From the NCBI GenBank assembly GCA_051418015.1, contig JBPRGF010000017.1:288001-352000 (forward strand): DNA of 64,000 bases, read 5' to 3'. The notes beneath the pieces were generated by a model that saw nothing but the letters and a program-made list of their open reading frames with translations, did not search any database and was not told where the DNA came from. Source of the DNA: Candidatus Nitrospinota bacterium M3_3B_026. GTDB taxonomy: Bacteria; Nitrospinota_A; UBA7883; JBPRGF01. The position numbers were made by a program, and so were the translations under genes. This document shows positions 38,283 through 48,012 of the stretch, piece after piece (position 1 is the first letter of the stretch; each line of letters begins with the position of its first letter).

Positions 38283-38658
38283 ACTCCTCCCCTCCGGCCC
38301 CAAGGCCCTTGGCGGCGAACCAGCCGAAGATGGCCGCCGCCGTCGTGGAAAGGCCGATGGCCAGCGCGATGAAGTTGATCCAACCCATCGCGTTGAACAC
38401 GTACAGGGCCGCGGCGAAAACGGCGAACCGCAGGTAAAAAGAAACCACCGTCATGGCCCTGGCCGCCGCGGGGGCCGGTACATGCTCCAGCGTGAACCCC
38501 AGGAGCTTTTCCAGGAACACGAAGTTCACCAACGAAAAAAGGCACCCAAAGGTCGTGGAGAACGCCGCGTCGAACCTGCCGAAGGCAAGCGACGTCAGGC
38601 TCAGCGCAAGGCACAGCAAAACCAGCAACCTTCTCAAGCCGGTCACGTCTCTTGGCAT
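38266..38658 (-). CDS. atpI: ATP synthase protein I-like 4-TM protein
   Basis: Four TM helices, FYLRF; lies directly upstream of atpB. Confidence 0.75.
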   Translation of the reverse strand: MPRDVTGLRRLLVLLCLALSLTSLAFGRFDAAFSTTFGCLFSLVNFVFLEKLLGFTLEHVPAPAAARAMTVVSFYLRFAVFAAALYVFNAMGWINFIALAIGLSTTAAAIFGWFAAKGLGAGGEEYERAC

Positions 38659-38746
38659 ATGGAGCGAATCCCCCTCGCAAAAAAAACGAAGCCGCGCAAG
38701 CCTTCCTCCGCGGCTTTTTCAAAACAGGAGCGCCCCCCCGGCGCCG

Positions 38747-39001
38747 TCACTCGTCCAACTCTCTGACGGCCTCCCTGTAGATATTCAGGAAGCCGGCCGC
38801 CACTCCGAGAACGATGAACAGCAGCATCAGCCACGGCTTCGTGCCGAGCCACCTGTCCAGCGCCAGCCCCAGGCCAGCGCCGATCAGGATGGAGACGACA
38901 AGCTGGACTCCAACGGTCCCCAAAAGGTAATACTTCCTGTAAGCCGCGAGCCCCGGCTCCCGCTCGTCCTTTTCCGGCCCGCGTTCTTCGGATCCTGGCA
39001 T
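38747..39001 (-). CDS. AtpZ/AtpI family small membrane protein
   Basis: GLALDRWLGTKPW...LGVAAGFLN. Confidence 0.88.
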   Translation of the reverse strand: MPGSEERGPEKDEREPGLAAYRKYYLLGTVGVQLVVSILIGAGLGLALDRWLGTKPWLMLLFIVLGVAAGFLNIYREAVRELDE

Positions 39002-39067
39002 ACAAACGTCCGATTTTCCGTCAAATCCGCTTACAACCAGGCCCGGCGTCCGTCAGCAAATTGGGAG

Positions 39068-39096
39068 ATGCTAACAGCAGACCGTTGGGGTGTCAA
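39068..39096 (-). promoter_or_regulatory. Sigma-70 promoter of the F0 operon
   Basis: TTGACA-N17-TAGCAT with extended -10 TG. Confidence 0.75.
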
Positions 39097-39125
39097 GGTT
39101 TTTTGGGAGCGGAAGAGCCGCCCCG

Positions 39126-40142
39126 TCACACACTCCTGTCCACGATGTAATCCGCGATAGCCCTCAGGGCCGCCGCGTCCCTGTTGAGCGGATCGAAACA
39201 TGACAGGCTCAGCTTCGCCTCCTCCACGTAGGCCCGCGCAAGCTCCATCGTCTGCGAGAGCGCGCCGTGCCTTTTCAATATCTCGAGCGCCGCCTCGAAG
39301 CCGTCCCCGCCCGCGCGCTCGACGATCCGCCGGATGGTGTCCCTCTCGGCGCCATCCGCCGCCTCCAGCGCCCTGATCACCGGCAGGGTGATCTTCCCTT
39401 CGGCGAGGTCCGCCCCCAGAGGCTTGCCCCACGTCTTCGCGTCGCCCGTCCAGTCCAGGGCGTCGTCCACCATCTGGAATGCGATGCCGATGTTCCTGCC
39501 GTACTTCCCCAAGGCCTCCTCCACCTCACGGCCCGCCCCGCCGAGGATGGCGCCTACCCGCGCGCAGGCTTCCATCAGCGCGCCGGTCTTGCGGTATATC
39601 GTGTCCAGGTACTCCTCCTCGGTGATCCGAAGGTTGAGGGTGTTCGACAGCTGGAGAACCTCCCCCTCGGCAAGGCTCTTCGTGGCGCGGGATATCGCCT
39701 GGACCACGCGGATGTCGCTGTCCGCGCTCATAAGCTGGAAGGACTTGGCGAACAGAAAATCGCCCACCAGCACCGACGCTTCGTTGCCGAACTTGACGTT
39801 GGCCGAGTCCGCCCCACGCCGCGTGTCCGCGCCGTCCACAACGTCATCGTGCAAAAGCGTGGCGGCGTGGATGTACTCGGCCACCACGGACATGGTAATG
39901 CTCCGGGGCGAGCCGGAAAGGCCGCAAAGACGCGAGGAGACTATGACAAGCAGGGGCCTTATCCTCTTGCCGCCGCCCCTGACGAGGTAGCCGCTGACGG
40001 CCGGGATCATCGCCACGTCGGACTGGAAGTTCTTCCGGATCGCCTCCTCGACGCGCTCCAGGTCATCCCTGTAGTCCGCCGTGATTTCCTGGTAGCTCGC
40101 GCCCGCCAGGGGCCGCGCGCCCGCGCTGTGGGTATCCGACAA
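39126..40142 (-). CDS. ispB: Polyprenyl (octaprenyl-type) diphosphate synthase
   Basis: GGKRIRP, LLHDDVVD, RRG, KTGAL, FQMVDD. Confidence 0.9.
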   Translation of the reverse strand: MSDTHSAGARPLAGASYQEITADYRDDLERVEEAIRKNFQSDVAMIPAVSGYLVRGGGKRIRPLLVIVSSRLCGLSGSPRSITMSVVAEYIHAATLLHDDVVDGADTRRGADSANVKFGNEASVLVGDFLFAKSFQLMSADSDIRVVQAISRATKSLAEGEVLQLSNTLNLRITEEEYLDTIYRKTGALMEACARVGAILGGAGREVEEALGKYGRNIGIAFQMVDDALDWTGDAKTWGKPLGADLAEGKITLPVIRALEAADGAERDTIRRIVERAGGDGFEAALEILKRHGALSQTMELARAYVEEAKLSLSCFDPLNRDAAALRAIADYIVDRSV

Positions 40143-40246
40143 CTCTAATTCCGCCTGCTAAGGGTGTAAGCTTCTCGAACGGCCGGGGGCCGCCACCGGC
40201 GCCGCCGCGGCGGGCGGAGCGCGGTATTCAAAGGTAAATTGGACTC

Positions 40247-40276
40247 AGTATGATGGAGAGCGTCGAGAGGTGTCAA
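40247..40276 (-). promoter_or_regulatory. Sigma-70 promoter of ispB
   Basis: TTGACA-N18-CATACT. Confidence 0.65.
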
Positions 40277-40351
40277 GCCGCAAAAAACCTCTCCGGCCTT
40301 CGGGCTCTCCCACCTTGACAAAGCTTCACCGGGAGCCTGGCGCCCCGGGGC

Positions 40352-41530
40352 CTAATCCTGCCAGAGAACGCGGATCGGCTTGCCGGGGTTGACGACGCTG
40401 ACCACATCGAAAGGCCAGTCCGGCCCCTCTTCGGCGGCCTGTTTGTCCACGGGCCCGGCCTCGCGGGCCGTCACCTCGAGATAATCGCGGCGGTTGACGG
40501 CCTTGACCACGCCGACTCTCCAGCCCTTCGTCTCTTTCTCCCCGGCGAAGAGGGCCACAAGCCGCGTCTTCTCCCAGTCGAACACAGGCGCGGACTGTTC
40601 CGGGACGTTCAGGTCGGCCAGCAGCTTGAGATAACCCTCGCTGTTCTCTATGACCCTCGCGTGGCGGGCTTTCACGCCGGAGGGGGACGCGCCGGGGAAG
40701 GCCGCCGGGCGGGTCTGGACGATGAGACCCGCGGGCGTCATGTCCAGCGTGTCCTCCACCCTGTAATAGGCCGTCGGGGTCTTTTCGATGATGTCGGACA
40801 CGGCGCGCTCTATACACACCCTGACCGCCTGCTCCGCCGCAGTCCCGGCGAACCCGCCCAACATCACCGGGACGCGGGACGCGCCGCCCCCGACGCCGCC
40901 GATCACCCCGCCGCCCCAGTCATAATATTCCCCCTCCACGGATGCCACGGCCACGACGCGCCCCGTGGCGGCGTCGACTATCTTTATGTCGATCGCCACG
41001 TGGGACTCCTTGTACAGAACCGCCCCCAACGGAGCGTCCTCGTTCTGGCTCGCGATGGCGATGGAGGCGCCCAGCGTCACGGCCCCCAGGATCAACCCCC
41101 CCGCGCCGATGTGATCCGGCTCGAAGGAGGTGACGGCGCCGAAGACGAGAAGGTCCGCTCCTTCTATCTCCCCTATTCTCGCCGCCGTGGCTTCGGATAT
41201 CCTGCCGGAGGCGGCGAAGTCCTGTTCGCTGATCACCTCGTCCAGCCCGCTCCTGTCGAGCATGATGAACCTGTTCGTCCTGAAAAGCTCCGCCGTGAGC
41301 ATGTCCGCCAGCCCCGCGCCGATATGCCCGGCGCCCTTGGCGGTCTTGTCCACGAACTTCACAACCGCAAGCCGCGCCTTGGGCCCGTCGTACCTTTCCG
41401 CCTGGGCCTGGGCCATCGAAGGGCCGCCGCGCCGGACTGTGGCGGAGGTCCCCGAGGCGCACGCTGAAAGGGCGAATACGGCGAACAGCGCAAGGGCCGC
41501 GGGGCGGATCACGTGTTTTGCCAGCCTCAT
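40352..41530 (-). CDS. CsgG/HfaB family lipoprotein with extra C-terminal domain
   Basis: LSAC lipobox; RLAVVKF, TNRFIMLDR, GADLLVFGAVTSF, IKIVDAATG. Confidence 0.82.
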   Translation of the reverse strand: MRLAKHVIRPAALALFAVFALSACASGTSATVRRGGPSMAQAQAERYDGPKARLAVVKFVDKTAKGAGHIGAGLADMLTAELFRTNRFIMLDRSGLDEVISEQDFAASGRISEATAARIGEIEGADLLVFGAVTSFEPDHIGAGGLILGAVTLGASIAIASQNEDAPLGAVLYKESHVAIDIKIVDAATGRVVAVASVEGEYYDWGGGVIGGVGGGASRVPVMLGGFAGTAAEQAVRVCIERAVSDIIEKTPTAYYRVEDTLDMTPAGLIVQTRPAAFPGASPSGVKARHARVIENSEGYLKLLADLNVPEQSAPVFDWEKTRLVALFAGEKETKGWRVGVVKAVNRRDYLEVTAREAGPVDKQAAEEGPDWPFDVVSVVNPGKPIRVLWQD

Positions 41531-41759
41531 GTGTAAAGTTTACCACCAGGCGGGGCGCCCCCCGCGCCCTGCGGAAAGTTTTCCTGGAAAAATTCGCGCG
41601 CATCGCGTATATCAGCAACAGATGCTTACATAAAACTTTCTTTTTGACGCAGTGTAATCTATAAACTCATTTGAAATTCCTTGCGGGGCGTGCTAAATTT
41701 TAAAGCCAGTGATACCAGGCACATCCTCAAGGATCACCGATTTGAACAGGGGGGAAGTC

Positions 41760-42263
41760 ATGAAAAGGGGTTTGTTCAATTTCGCGTTTTTGCTGTTGGC
41801 CGTGTTTTCGCTCGCTGTTTCGTCCAACGCCTTCGCCGGCTCGAACGCCGAGTTCCCCAAGGGCTGGGAGAGCTGGCCCATCGCCGGCAAGGGCGCCATC
41901 CCGGATAACAAGTCTCCCATACCATCGGACGCTCCCGCCATCGTCCAGGAAACCATAAAGACCTACAACTGGATAAACGACGGCAAAGGAAGCCCCTACT
42001 ACGTGCGGATCCATCCGGACAAGAAAGACGCCGCCGCCGCGCGGAAAGGGCAATTCGACGACGGGCCCACCGCCGTGCTGGAGCTTACCGACATAAAGGT
42101 GATCCTCGTGACGGAGCATCTCATCGGTGAGCCCCAATACGGAGCCTACACATACGACGGCAAGGACATGGCCGACGCTCATCCGTCCCTTGCCCCCAAG
42201 ACCTGCGCCGACTGCCACTCCGGCTACGGCGAGGCCTGCGTGAACGGCGTCTGCGCGAAGTAG
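41760..42263 (+). CDS. Secreted monoheme cytochrome, P460/c'-beta-like architecture
   Basis: Signal peptide AFA-G; FPKGWESW; FDDGPTAVLEL; C-terminal CADCH. Confidence 0.65.
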   Translation: MKRGLFNFAFLLLAVFSLAVSSNAFAGSNAEFPKGWESWPIAGKGAIPDNKSPIPSDAPAIVQETIKTYNWINDGKGSPYYVRIHPDKKDAAAARKGQFDDGPTAVLELTDIKVILVTEHLIGEPQYGAYTYDGKDMADAHPSLAPKTCADCHSGYGEACVNGVCAK

Positions 42264-42319
42264 CGGGCGGGGGAAATTGATCCACGCCTTGCGCTGAAAA
42301 AGGGGCGCGATTTGTCCGC

Positions 42320-44068
42320 ATGAAAAGAAAATCGCTCACGATAAACCAGCTCGTCACCGGCGGGCCGATCCTCCTGCTGGTCTGCTTGAGCGTGGTCCTC
42401 GGCGGGGCTCATTACAAAAGCAGCCAGGACGCCGCGTACCGCCACATGCTGGAGCTTTCCCGTGTCGGCGCAAGGCCGATCCTCAACCTCATGAAATCCG
42501 CCGTGGGGGGAGGCAACTACGCCATAGCCCTCGACGACGAGGCCCTCGCCCTCTACAGGGCCAACGCCGACCTGCTCTTTTTCTCCGTCGAGGGGAAAAC
42601 GGACCTCAAGGGAGAGCCCTTCGGCGTGGTCTACGACGGCGGGCGCGGCAAGGCGTTCCGCTCCCGGGCGGACTCCGGCCGCGTGAAAGAGCTGGAGGAG
42701 AAGATAGCGAAGGCCAAGGACGCCGTGAGCGGCCTGCCGCCGGGGGACGCGAAGCGCGAGAGGATAGAGAAGATCGCCGCCCGCCTGAAGGACGAGCTTT
42801 CCGGCCTGTTGGGGGACATGAAGACGGTGGAGACCCTGAAGGGCGAATACCAGCGCCCGCCGGACTCTGTCTTCACGGACGGCAGCTACCTGGACAATGA
42901 AAAATGGCGGCTTCATCTTGTCCTCCCCACGGGCAACAAGGGGGGCGGAAGCATGTGGATGGTCCTGGACGCGGCCGCCATGGGCGACGTGTGGAAAAAA
43001 ACGCTGTGGCAGGTGGCGCCCATAAACCTCGCCACGCTGCTTGTCCTCGCCGCGCTGGCCTGGCTGCTTTCCCGCAAGATCATCGCCCCCATACACACGA
43101 TGCGCGGCGCCATCGAGCAGATCGAAAGGGACTCCGACCTCACAAGGCGCGTCAGCATGGACTCCGACAACGAAATAGGGAAGACCTCCGCCGCCTTCGA
43201 CAGGATGCTGGACAAGTTCCAGGGCATGATAGCAGGCGTCGCCGCCGCCACCGGCGAGATCGTCACCGCCACGAAGGAGATGGCCGGCATCTCCGACCGG
43301 GTCAGCGAATCCAACAGGAAACAGCAGGACGACACAGAACAGGTGGCCGGCTCCATAAACGAGATGTCGGCCTCCATCGAGCAGGTGGCCAGCGCCGCGG
43401 AAGAGGCGAAAGGCTCCGCGGCCGGCGCGATGGACAAGGCCCGCGGCGGCAGGCAGACGGTGTCGGACACGGCGGGGGCCATGAACGATCTGGCGGCGGC
43501 GGTGCGCGGCGCGTCGGAGGTCATGAAGTCGCTGGAGGCGCACACGAACGACGTGGGGATGGTCGTAAACGTCATCAACGAGATAGCGTTCCAGACGAAC
43601 CTGCTGGCGCTCAACGCCTCCGTGGAGGCGGCCCGCGCCGGAAAACACGGCAAGGGTTTCGCCGTGGTGGCCGAGGAGGTGCGCGCGCTGGCGCAGAGGA
43701 CGCAAAAATCCACCAGGGAGATCGAAGACCTGGTCGAGAAGCTCCAGGCCGAGGCGGCGAAGGCCGCAGCCGCCATGCGCGACGGGTCCGGCAAGGCCGA
43801 GGACGGCGTGAAGCTCTCGGATAAGGCGGACGAGGCGCTCAAGGTCATAACGGAGGCGGTGGAGGCCATAACGACCATGAGCGCCCAGATCGCGAGCGCC
43901 GCGGAGCAGCAGGCCTCGGCGGCCAACTCCATCAACGTGAACGTAAGCAGCATCAACGAGATGTCCGACGAAACCGCGTCCGCCTCCGAGAAGGCCCGCG
44001 CCTCAAGCGAAAGGCTGGCGGAGCTTGCGCGCGAACTCGGGGAGCGGATCGCCCTCTTCAAGGTCTGA
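42320..44068 (+). CDS. Methyl-accepting chemotaxis protein
   Basis: Two TM helices, [38 protein letters not shown]. Confidence 0.96.
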   Translation: MKRKSLTINQLVTGGPILLLVCLSVVLGGAHYKSSQDAAYRHMLELSRVGARPILNLMKSAVGGGNYAIALDDEALALYRANADLLFFSVEGKTDLKGEPFGVVYDGGRGKAFRSRADSGRVKELEEKIAKAKDAVSGLPPGDAKRERIEKIAARLKDELSGLLGDMKTVETLKGEYQRPPDSVFTDGSYLDNEKWRLHLVLPTGNKGGGSMWMVLDAAAMGDVWKKTLWQVAPINLATLLVLAALAWLLSRKIIAPIHTMRGAIEQIERDSDLTRRVSMDSDNEIGKTSAAFDRMLDKFQGMIAGVAAATGEIVTATKEMAGISDRVSESNRKQQDDTEQVAGSINEMSASIEQVASAAEEAKGSAAGAMDKARGGRQTVSDTAGAMNDLAAAVRGASEVMKSLEAHTNDVGMVVNVINEIAFQTNLLALNASVEAARAGKHGKGFAVVAEEVRALAQRTQKSTREIEDLVEKLQAEAAKAAAAMRDGSGKAEDGVKLSDKADEALKVITEAVEAITTMSAQIASAAEQQASAANSINVNVSSINEMSDETASASEKARASSERLAELARELGERIALFKV

Positions 44069-44149
44069 CGGGGGCGCGGCTGAGACCGCCGGGCGAAGAG
44101 TCCCGCCCGGCGCAAAACCGTTCAGGCAGCCGGGGCGGCCCGTGGAGCT

Positions 44150-45988
44150 TTACAGCGCCTTTCCGGTGAAGCGGCTCATGGGAGAGTCGGCCATAGCCGC
44201 CTCCAGGGCCTCTTCGGTGACATATTTGAAGCCGTTTTTCCTGGCGTGTTTCTCGACGAACTTCTTCGCCATCTCCCTGGCGAAAGGGGGCGCCTTCTCA
44301 AGCCTCTTGCGGGCGCCCTCAGTCCAACCCATCTTCTCGCCCACATCGTCGGCGAAAAAGGCGCCGAATTTTTTCATTATCGCCTCGTTCTTCTCCGGGC
44401 GGGAGGCAAGGTGATCCGTGATCCTCTCTATCACCTCGCGTTTGCGATCGTTCTCAGGCAACTTTTCCTTCGCCTTCGCAAGCGCGCCCATGTCCAGCGA
44501 TTCGAACCCCATCTTTTTCATCCTGCGGGTGACGAGCATCATGGACTCGTCGCGGATCTCCGTCAGGAACTTGGAGGTTATCCGCTCCTGGCCGCGCTCT
44601 TTGGCCCTTTTGCGCATCAGCTTGTATATCCCCGGCCGGACGAAATCCGGCGCGTTTTCGACCCGCTCCAGGGCGTCCGCGTCCCAGGGCATCTCCCCCG
44701 CGTCATCCTCCTTCGCGGCCGAGGAGGGCGCGGCTCCGGCGCCGTCGAACATCTTCGGCGACGGGGCGGCCTTGCGCATGACCTCCACGGTTATCTTGTC
44801 TATCCCGTTCTCGGCGGCGTATTTTTCCACCCCGAGTTTCACTATCGGCCTTGCGAAGACGGGTATTTTCAGAAGGATATCCTCGGCCTCCTTCGACCAT
44901 TCCCCACCGCCTTCCGGCGCGCCGCCGAACTTCGACATGGTGTCGATGTTCTCGATGGCCTCCTCCTGCCCCACGGGCTCGTAGACGCACCACTGGTCTT
45001 CGCCCATGTCGTCGCCCGTATCGGCCAGGGCGCGCGCCCGGCATCCGCCGCAAAGCAGCCTATAGCGGCAGGCGCCGCACTTGCCCCCGTATTCCGGCGA
45101 CCGGTAGCGCCCTAAAACCTCCGAGCCTTCCCAGATCGAGGCGAGATCCTGGGCGGAAAGGTCGCCCGCCTCCGTCTCCATGTAGGGACACGGGGTGACC
45201 TTGCCCGAGGGGGTTATCCGCATGTAGTGCGTCCCCGCCCGGCAGGCGGCTATGTATGTCTTAAGGAGGCTGTTCTCCGGGTTCTCCTGGTACAGGATCC
45301 TCTTGAAATGCGGGGCGCATTTCGGCCTTATCATCATGCCGGGATATGAGTCCCGCTCGGCGGCGGCCCATTTAAGGACTTTTTCGTATTCATCAGGGGT
45401 GATGTCGGTCATCTTCTCCCCCCTGCCCGTGCAGACGAGGAAAAATATGTTGAACACCCGCGCCCCGAAGCGGCTCGCCCATTCGGCTATGAGGGGCAGC
45501 TCATCGATGTTGTCGCGGGTGGGAGTGGTCTGAACCTGTATCCCGAGGCCCGCCTCCTTCGCCGCGGCAAGCCCCGCCATCGCCTTCGAAAGCGCGCCGG
45601 GCTTTCCCCGGAACGAATCGTGCCTCTCGGCGTTCAGAGAGTCTATGCTGACGCCGACGCCCGCCGCGCCGGCATCCTTGAGCCTGCGGACGGTTTCCGG
45701 GGTCAGGAGCGTGCCGTTCGTCCCCAGGACGGCCATCAGGCCGAGGCCCGAGGCCTTCTCGATGACGTCGTATATATCCTCCCGGGCAAGCGGCTCTCCG
45801 CCGGTGAGGATAAGGACGGCGCCGGGGTTCAGCGCGGCTACCTGGGAGACAACGTCAAGGGCCTTTTCGGGCGAAAGCTCGTCCGCCCCGCCATCCACCC
45901 TGCCGTTTGCGTCAATATAACAGTGGCGGCAACTGAGGTTGCATCGGCTCGTCAGGTTCCACGAGACGGCGTAGGGGATAAAAGACAT
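44150..45988 (-). CDS. Radical SAM/SPASM protein (AhbD/NirJ-like) with three C-terminal PCP_red-like domains
   Basis: CNLSCRHC, TGGEP, CAPHF, CRAG, PCPY, CGACRYRLLCGGCRARA; three W...A...P.F.R repeats. Confidence 0.85.
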   Translation of the reverse strand: MSFIPYAVSWNLTSRCNLSCRHCYIDANGRVDGGADELSPEKALDVVSQVAALNPGAVLILTGGEPLAREDIYDVIEKASGLGLMAVLGTNGTLLTPETVRRLKDAGAAGVGVSIDSLNAERHDSFRGKPGALSKAMAGLAAAKEAGLGIQVQTTPTRDNIDELPLIAEWASRFGARVFNIFFLVCTGRGEKMTDITPDEYEKVLKWAAAERDSYPGMMIRPKCAPHFKRILYQENPENSLLKTYIAACRAGTHYMRITPSGKVTPCPYMETEAGDLSAQDLASIWEGSEVLGRYRSPEYGGKCGACRYRLLCGGCRARALADTGDDMGEDQWCVYEPVGQEEAIENIDTMSKFGGAPEGGGEWSKEAEDILLKIPVFARPIVKLGVEKYAAENGIDKITVEVMRKAAPSPKMFDGAGAAPSSAAKEDDAGEMPWDADALERVENAPDFVRPGIYKLMRKRAKERGQERITSKFLTEIRDESMMLVTRRMKKMGFESLDMGALAKAKEKLPENDRKREVIERITDHLASRPEKNEAIMKKFGAFFADDVGEKMGWTEGARKRLEKAPPFAREMAKKFVEKHARKNGFKYVTEEALEAAMADSPMSRFTGKAL

Positions 45989-46004
45989 CTTTATACAACG
46001 ACCC

Positions 46005-47195
46005 CTACATGCCCATTCTGGCCCGGGCTTCCTTCATCATCCTGGCGGTGACAGTCTTCGCGCCTCTTTTGCGGGCCTCGCTTTCCATGTGGCCACGCAC
46101 CATGTTCCGCACGAACCCGGGGACGCGGTCCAGAAGCTCCAGAGCGTCCGGCTCCCATTCCATCTCATCGAGCGCCTGCCCCTCCTCCGGCTCGGGCCGG
46201 ACTCTCCTGCTTATCAGCATGATGTTGCAGGGAGCGCCTCGAAGCAGGTTCTCGGCGTTCGAGCCTATGTCCAGCCCCTCACAGGCGTGCACCCCCACCT
46301 TGCCCAGGATCAAGAGCGCGGCATCCTTCCCTTCGATCCATTTCAGGATCTCGTCGTAAGGCTTGCCCGCCAGCAGCTCCGCCTCCACGGTCACCCCCTC
46401 CTTCCCGGCCATGCTCACGGCCCGGTCCAGGTGGTCCTGGTATATCTTCTCCAGCCCGGAGTCTATTATCTCCTCGTGGAGCTTCTCCTGCTCCTTGAAC
46501 CTGAAGACCTGCCCCGCCTCCTCGGAGAGGACCTCGGCGATGCTGTTGAAAGCCTTGTAATGGAAGTTCGGGTCGAAGACCGAGACAGCCGTGATCCTGC
46601 ACCCAAGGTGTTTTCCCATGGCGATGGCGGCGCTCATCGCGGCGAAGGACTGCTCGCTGCCGTCCACCCCCACCACAACGTGGCCGCCCTTTATGGGGAT
46701 ATCGTTTTTCATGACCAGCGTGTCTACGTTTATCCTGCGGGCGACCCTCTCGCAGACGCTGCCGATCTGCGTGCTGGGCGTCTCGCCGAGCCCCTTGGCG
46801 CCCATGGCCACGAGGTCGTAGGAGGAGCTTTGCACGTCTTTCACTATCTCGGCGAAGTTTTTCCCCTCCATCGTCTTGCGGTCGTAGGAAACCCCCAATT
46901 GCTCACACTTGGCCTTGAAGATGTCGAGATAGGAGTCCGAGATGATCCTGAGCCCCTTCTCGATCAGGTCCGCGTGTATGTCCCTCTGTTTCTGAAGCTC
47001 GTTCGGGTCCTGGTACTTCGCCGGCAGGCCCGGCTCCATCTGGACGAACCTTTTTTCGTGCAACCTGGCGGCGTATACGTGGTTGCCAACTAGGGTTGCG
47101 CCAAAACTTCTGGCAAGGTCCAAAGAGCTGTCCAGCCCCCACAGCGAATAACGGGAATTGTCGAGCATTACGAGAATATTTTGAAACATCTGCAT
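46005..47195 (-). CDS. Tandem universal stress protein with C-terminal PCP_red-like domain
   Basis: Two USP domains (MGAKG...IGSVCE; LGKVG...IGSNAE); WEPDALELLDRVPGFVRNM. Confidence 0.88.
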   Translation of the reverse strand: MQMFQNILVMLDNSRYSLWGLDSSLDLARSFGATLVGNHVYAARLHEKRFVQMEPGLPAKYQDPNELQKQRDIHADLIEKGLRIISDSYLDIFKAKCEQLGVSYDRKTMEGKNFAEIVKDVQSSSYDLVAMGAKGLGETPSTQIGSVCERVARRINVDTLVMKNDIPIKGGHVVVGVDGSEQSFAAMSAAIAMGKHLGCRITAVSVFDPNFHYKAFNSIAEVLSEEAGQVFRFKEQEKLHEEIIDSGLEKIYQDHLDRAVSMAGKEGVTVEAELLAGKPYDEILKWIEGKDAALLILGKVGVHACEGLDIGSNAENLLRGAPCNIMLISRRVRPEPEEGQALDEMEWEPDALELLDRVPGFVRNMVRGHMESEARKRGAKTVTARMMKEARARMGM

Positions 47196-47239
47196 ACACC
47201 CCCTGCTTATAAACTCTTGAGCCTGAAACTCGCGGAGAA

Positions 47240-47267
47240 ATTATACGCTTGAAATGTTCAATGTAAA
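47240..47267 (-). promoter_or_regulatory. Sigma-70 promoter of the USP-radical SAM operon with a palindrome in its spacer
   Basis: TTTACA-N16-TATAAT; TTGAA-N3-TTCAA at 47249-47261. Confidence 0.6.
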
Positions 47268-48012
47268 AGCAATTTATGTACCGGCGCCAGGCCCGATTTG
47301 CCCCCCGGGCGGCGGGAATAACCCCCAACAGCCCCCTAAAGGCCAGAGAAACAACGGCCGCCGAGAACAGCCCCCCATACGCCCCTGCGGGAACATTGCA
47401 TTAGATATCAACAAATTATGCGCCAGCGGCCGAGTCATTATGATCGATTTTCAACCAGCCTGCATGGAAACTGTCCACTCTCGTCAAACCTTTCGAGGAG
47501 CCGGGGGCATGAAAGCGAATCGCCGCCGAAAAAGGACAATCGTTGATCAAATCATTCAATTCCCATCGTCTTCAACACACTATTATGAATAATTTCCCAT
47601 GAGCCGAGAACCATGGCCGCCGCGGCGCAAGCGCTATGATAACAGTCCGTTAATGACCCCACACCGCGGACGAGACGGCCATGGCCGGCCGCGCGGGCGC
47701 GCCATGGGGAGCGTCCATTTTCGGTTTTTCTGTTGCCATGCGGCCCTTCCATCCTCTATAATCGCTGATCTAAAAGACCTGGCGGAACGGGTCTTTCCCG
47801 CTCGAAACGAAAGCCCTGCCGGCGAGGAGCCGCCAAAGGCAGAGGCATGACCGTTTCCCAGAGCCCTCTTTTATAATAAAGATCGAGGCCCTTTAGGAAG
47901 CTGGCGCGCCTTGAGGGAGGAGGACGGCGCGGCAAGTGGGGAACCTTTGTACGCGGGCGCAAGGCCTGGCATGGTCTTCAGGCCGTGGCGTCTCTAAAGA
48001 TAAGGATTTCGG

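Noticed and set aside
47326..47379. CAACAGCCCCCYAAA-like motif, twice here and once reversed at 8571-8585
   Set aside because: Low complexity, non-palindromic and inconsistently oriented; a chance match of this length is plausible
47390..47560. FNR boxes in the USP-gltB intergenic region, also near 41643 and 42277
   Set aside because: Only half-sites or wrong spacing relative to TTGAT-N4-ATCAA
47890..48012. Sigma-54 promoter upstream of gltB (TGGCAT, TGGCGC)
   Set aside because: No correctly spaced -12 TTGC element
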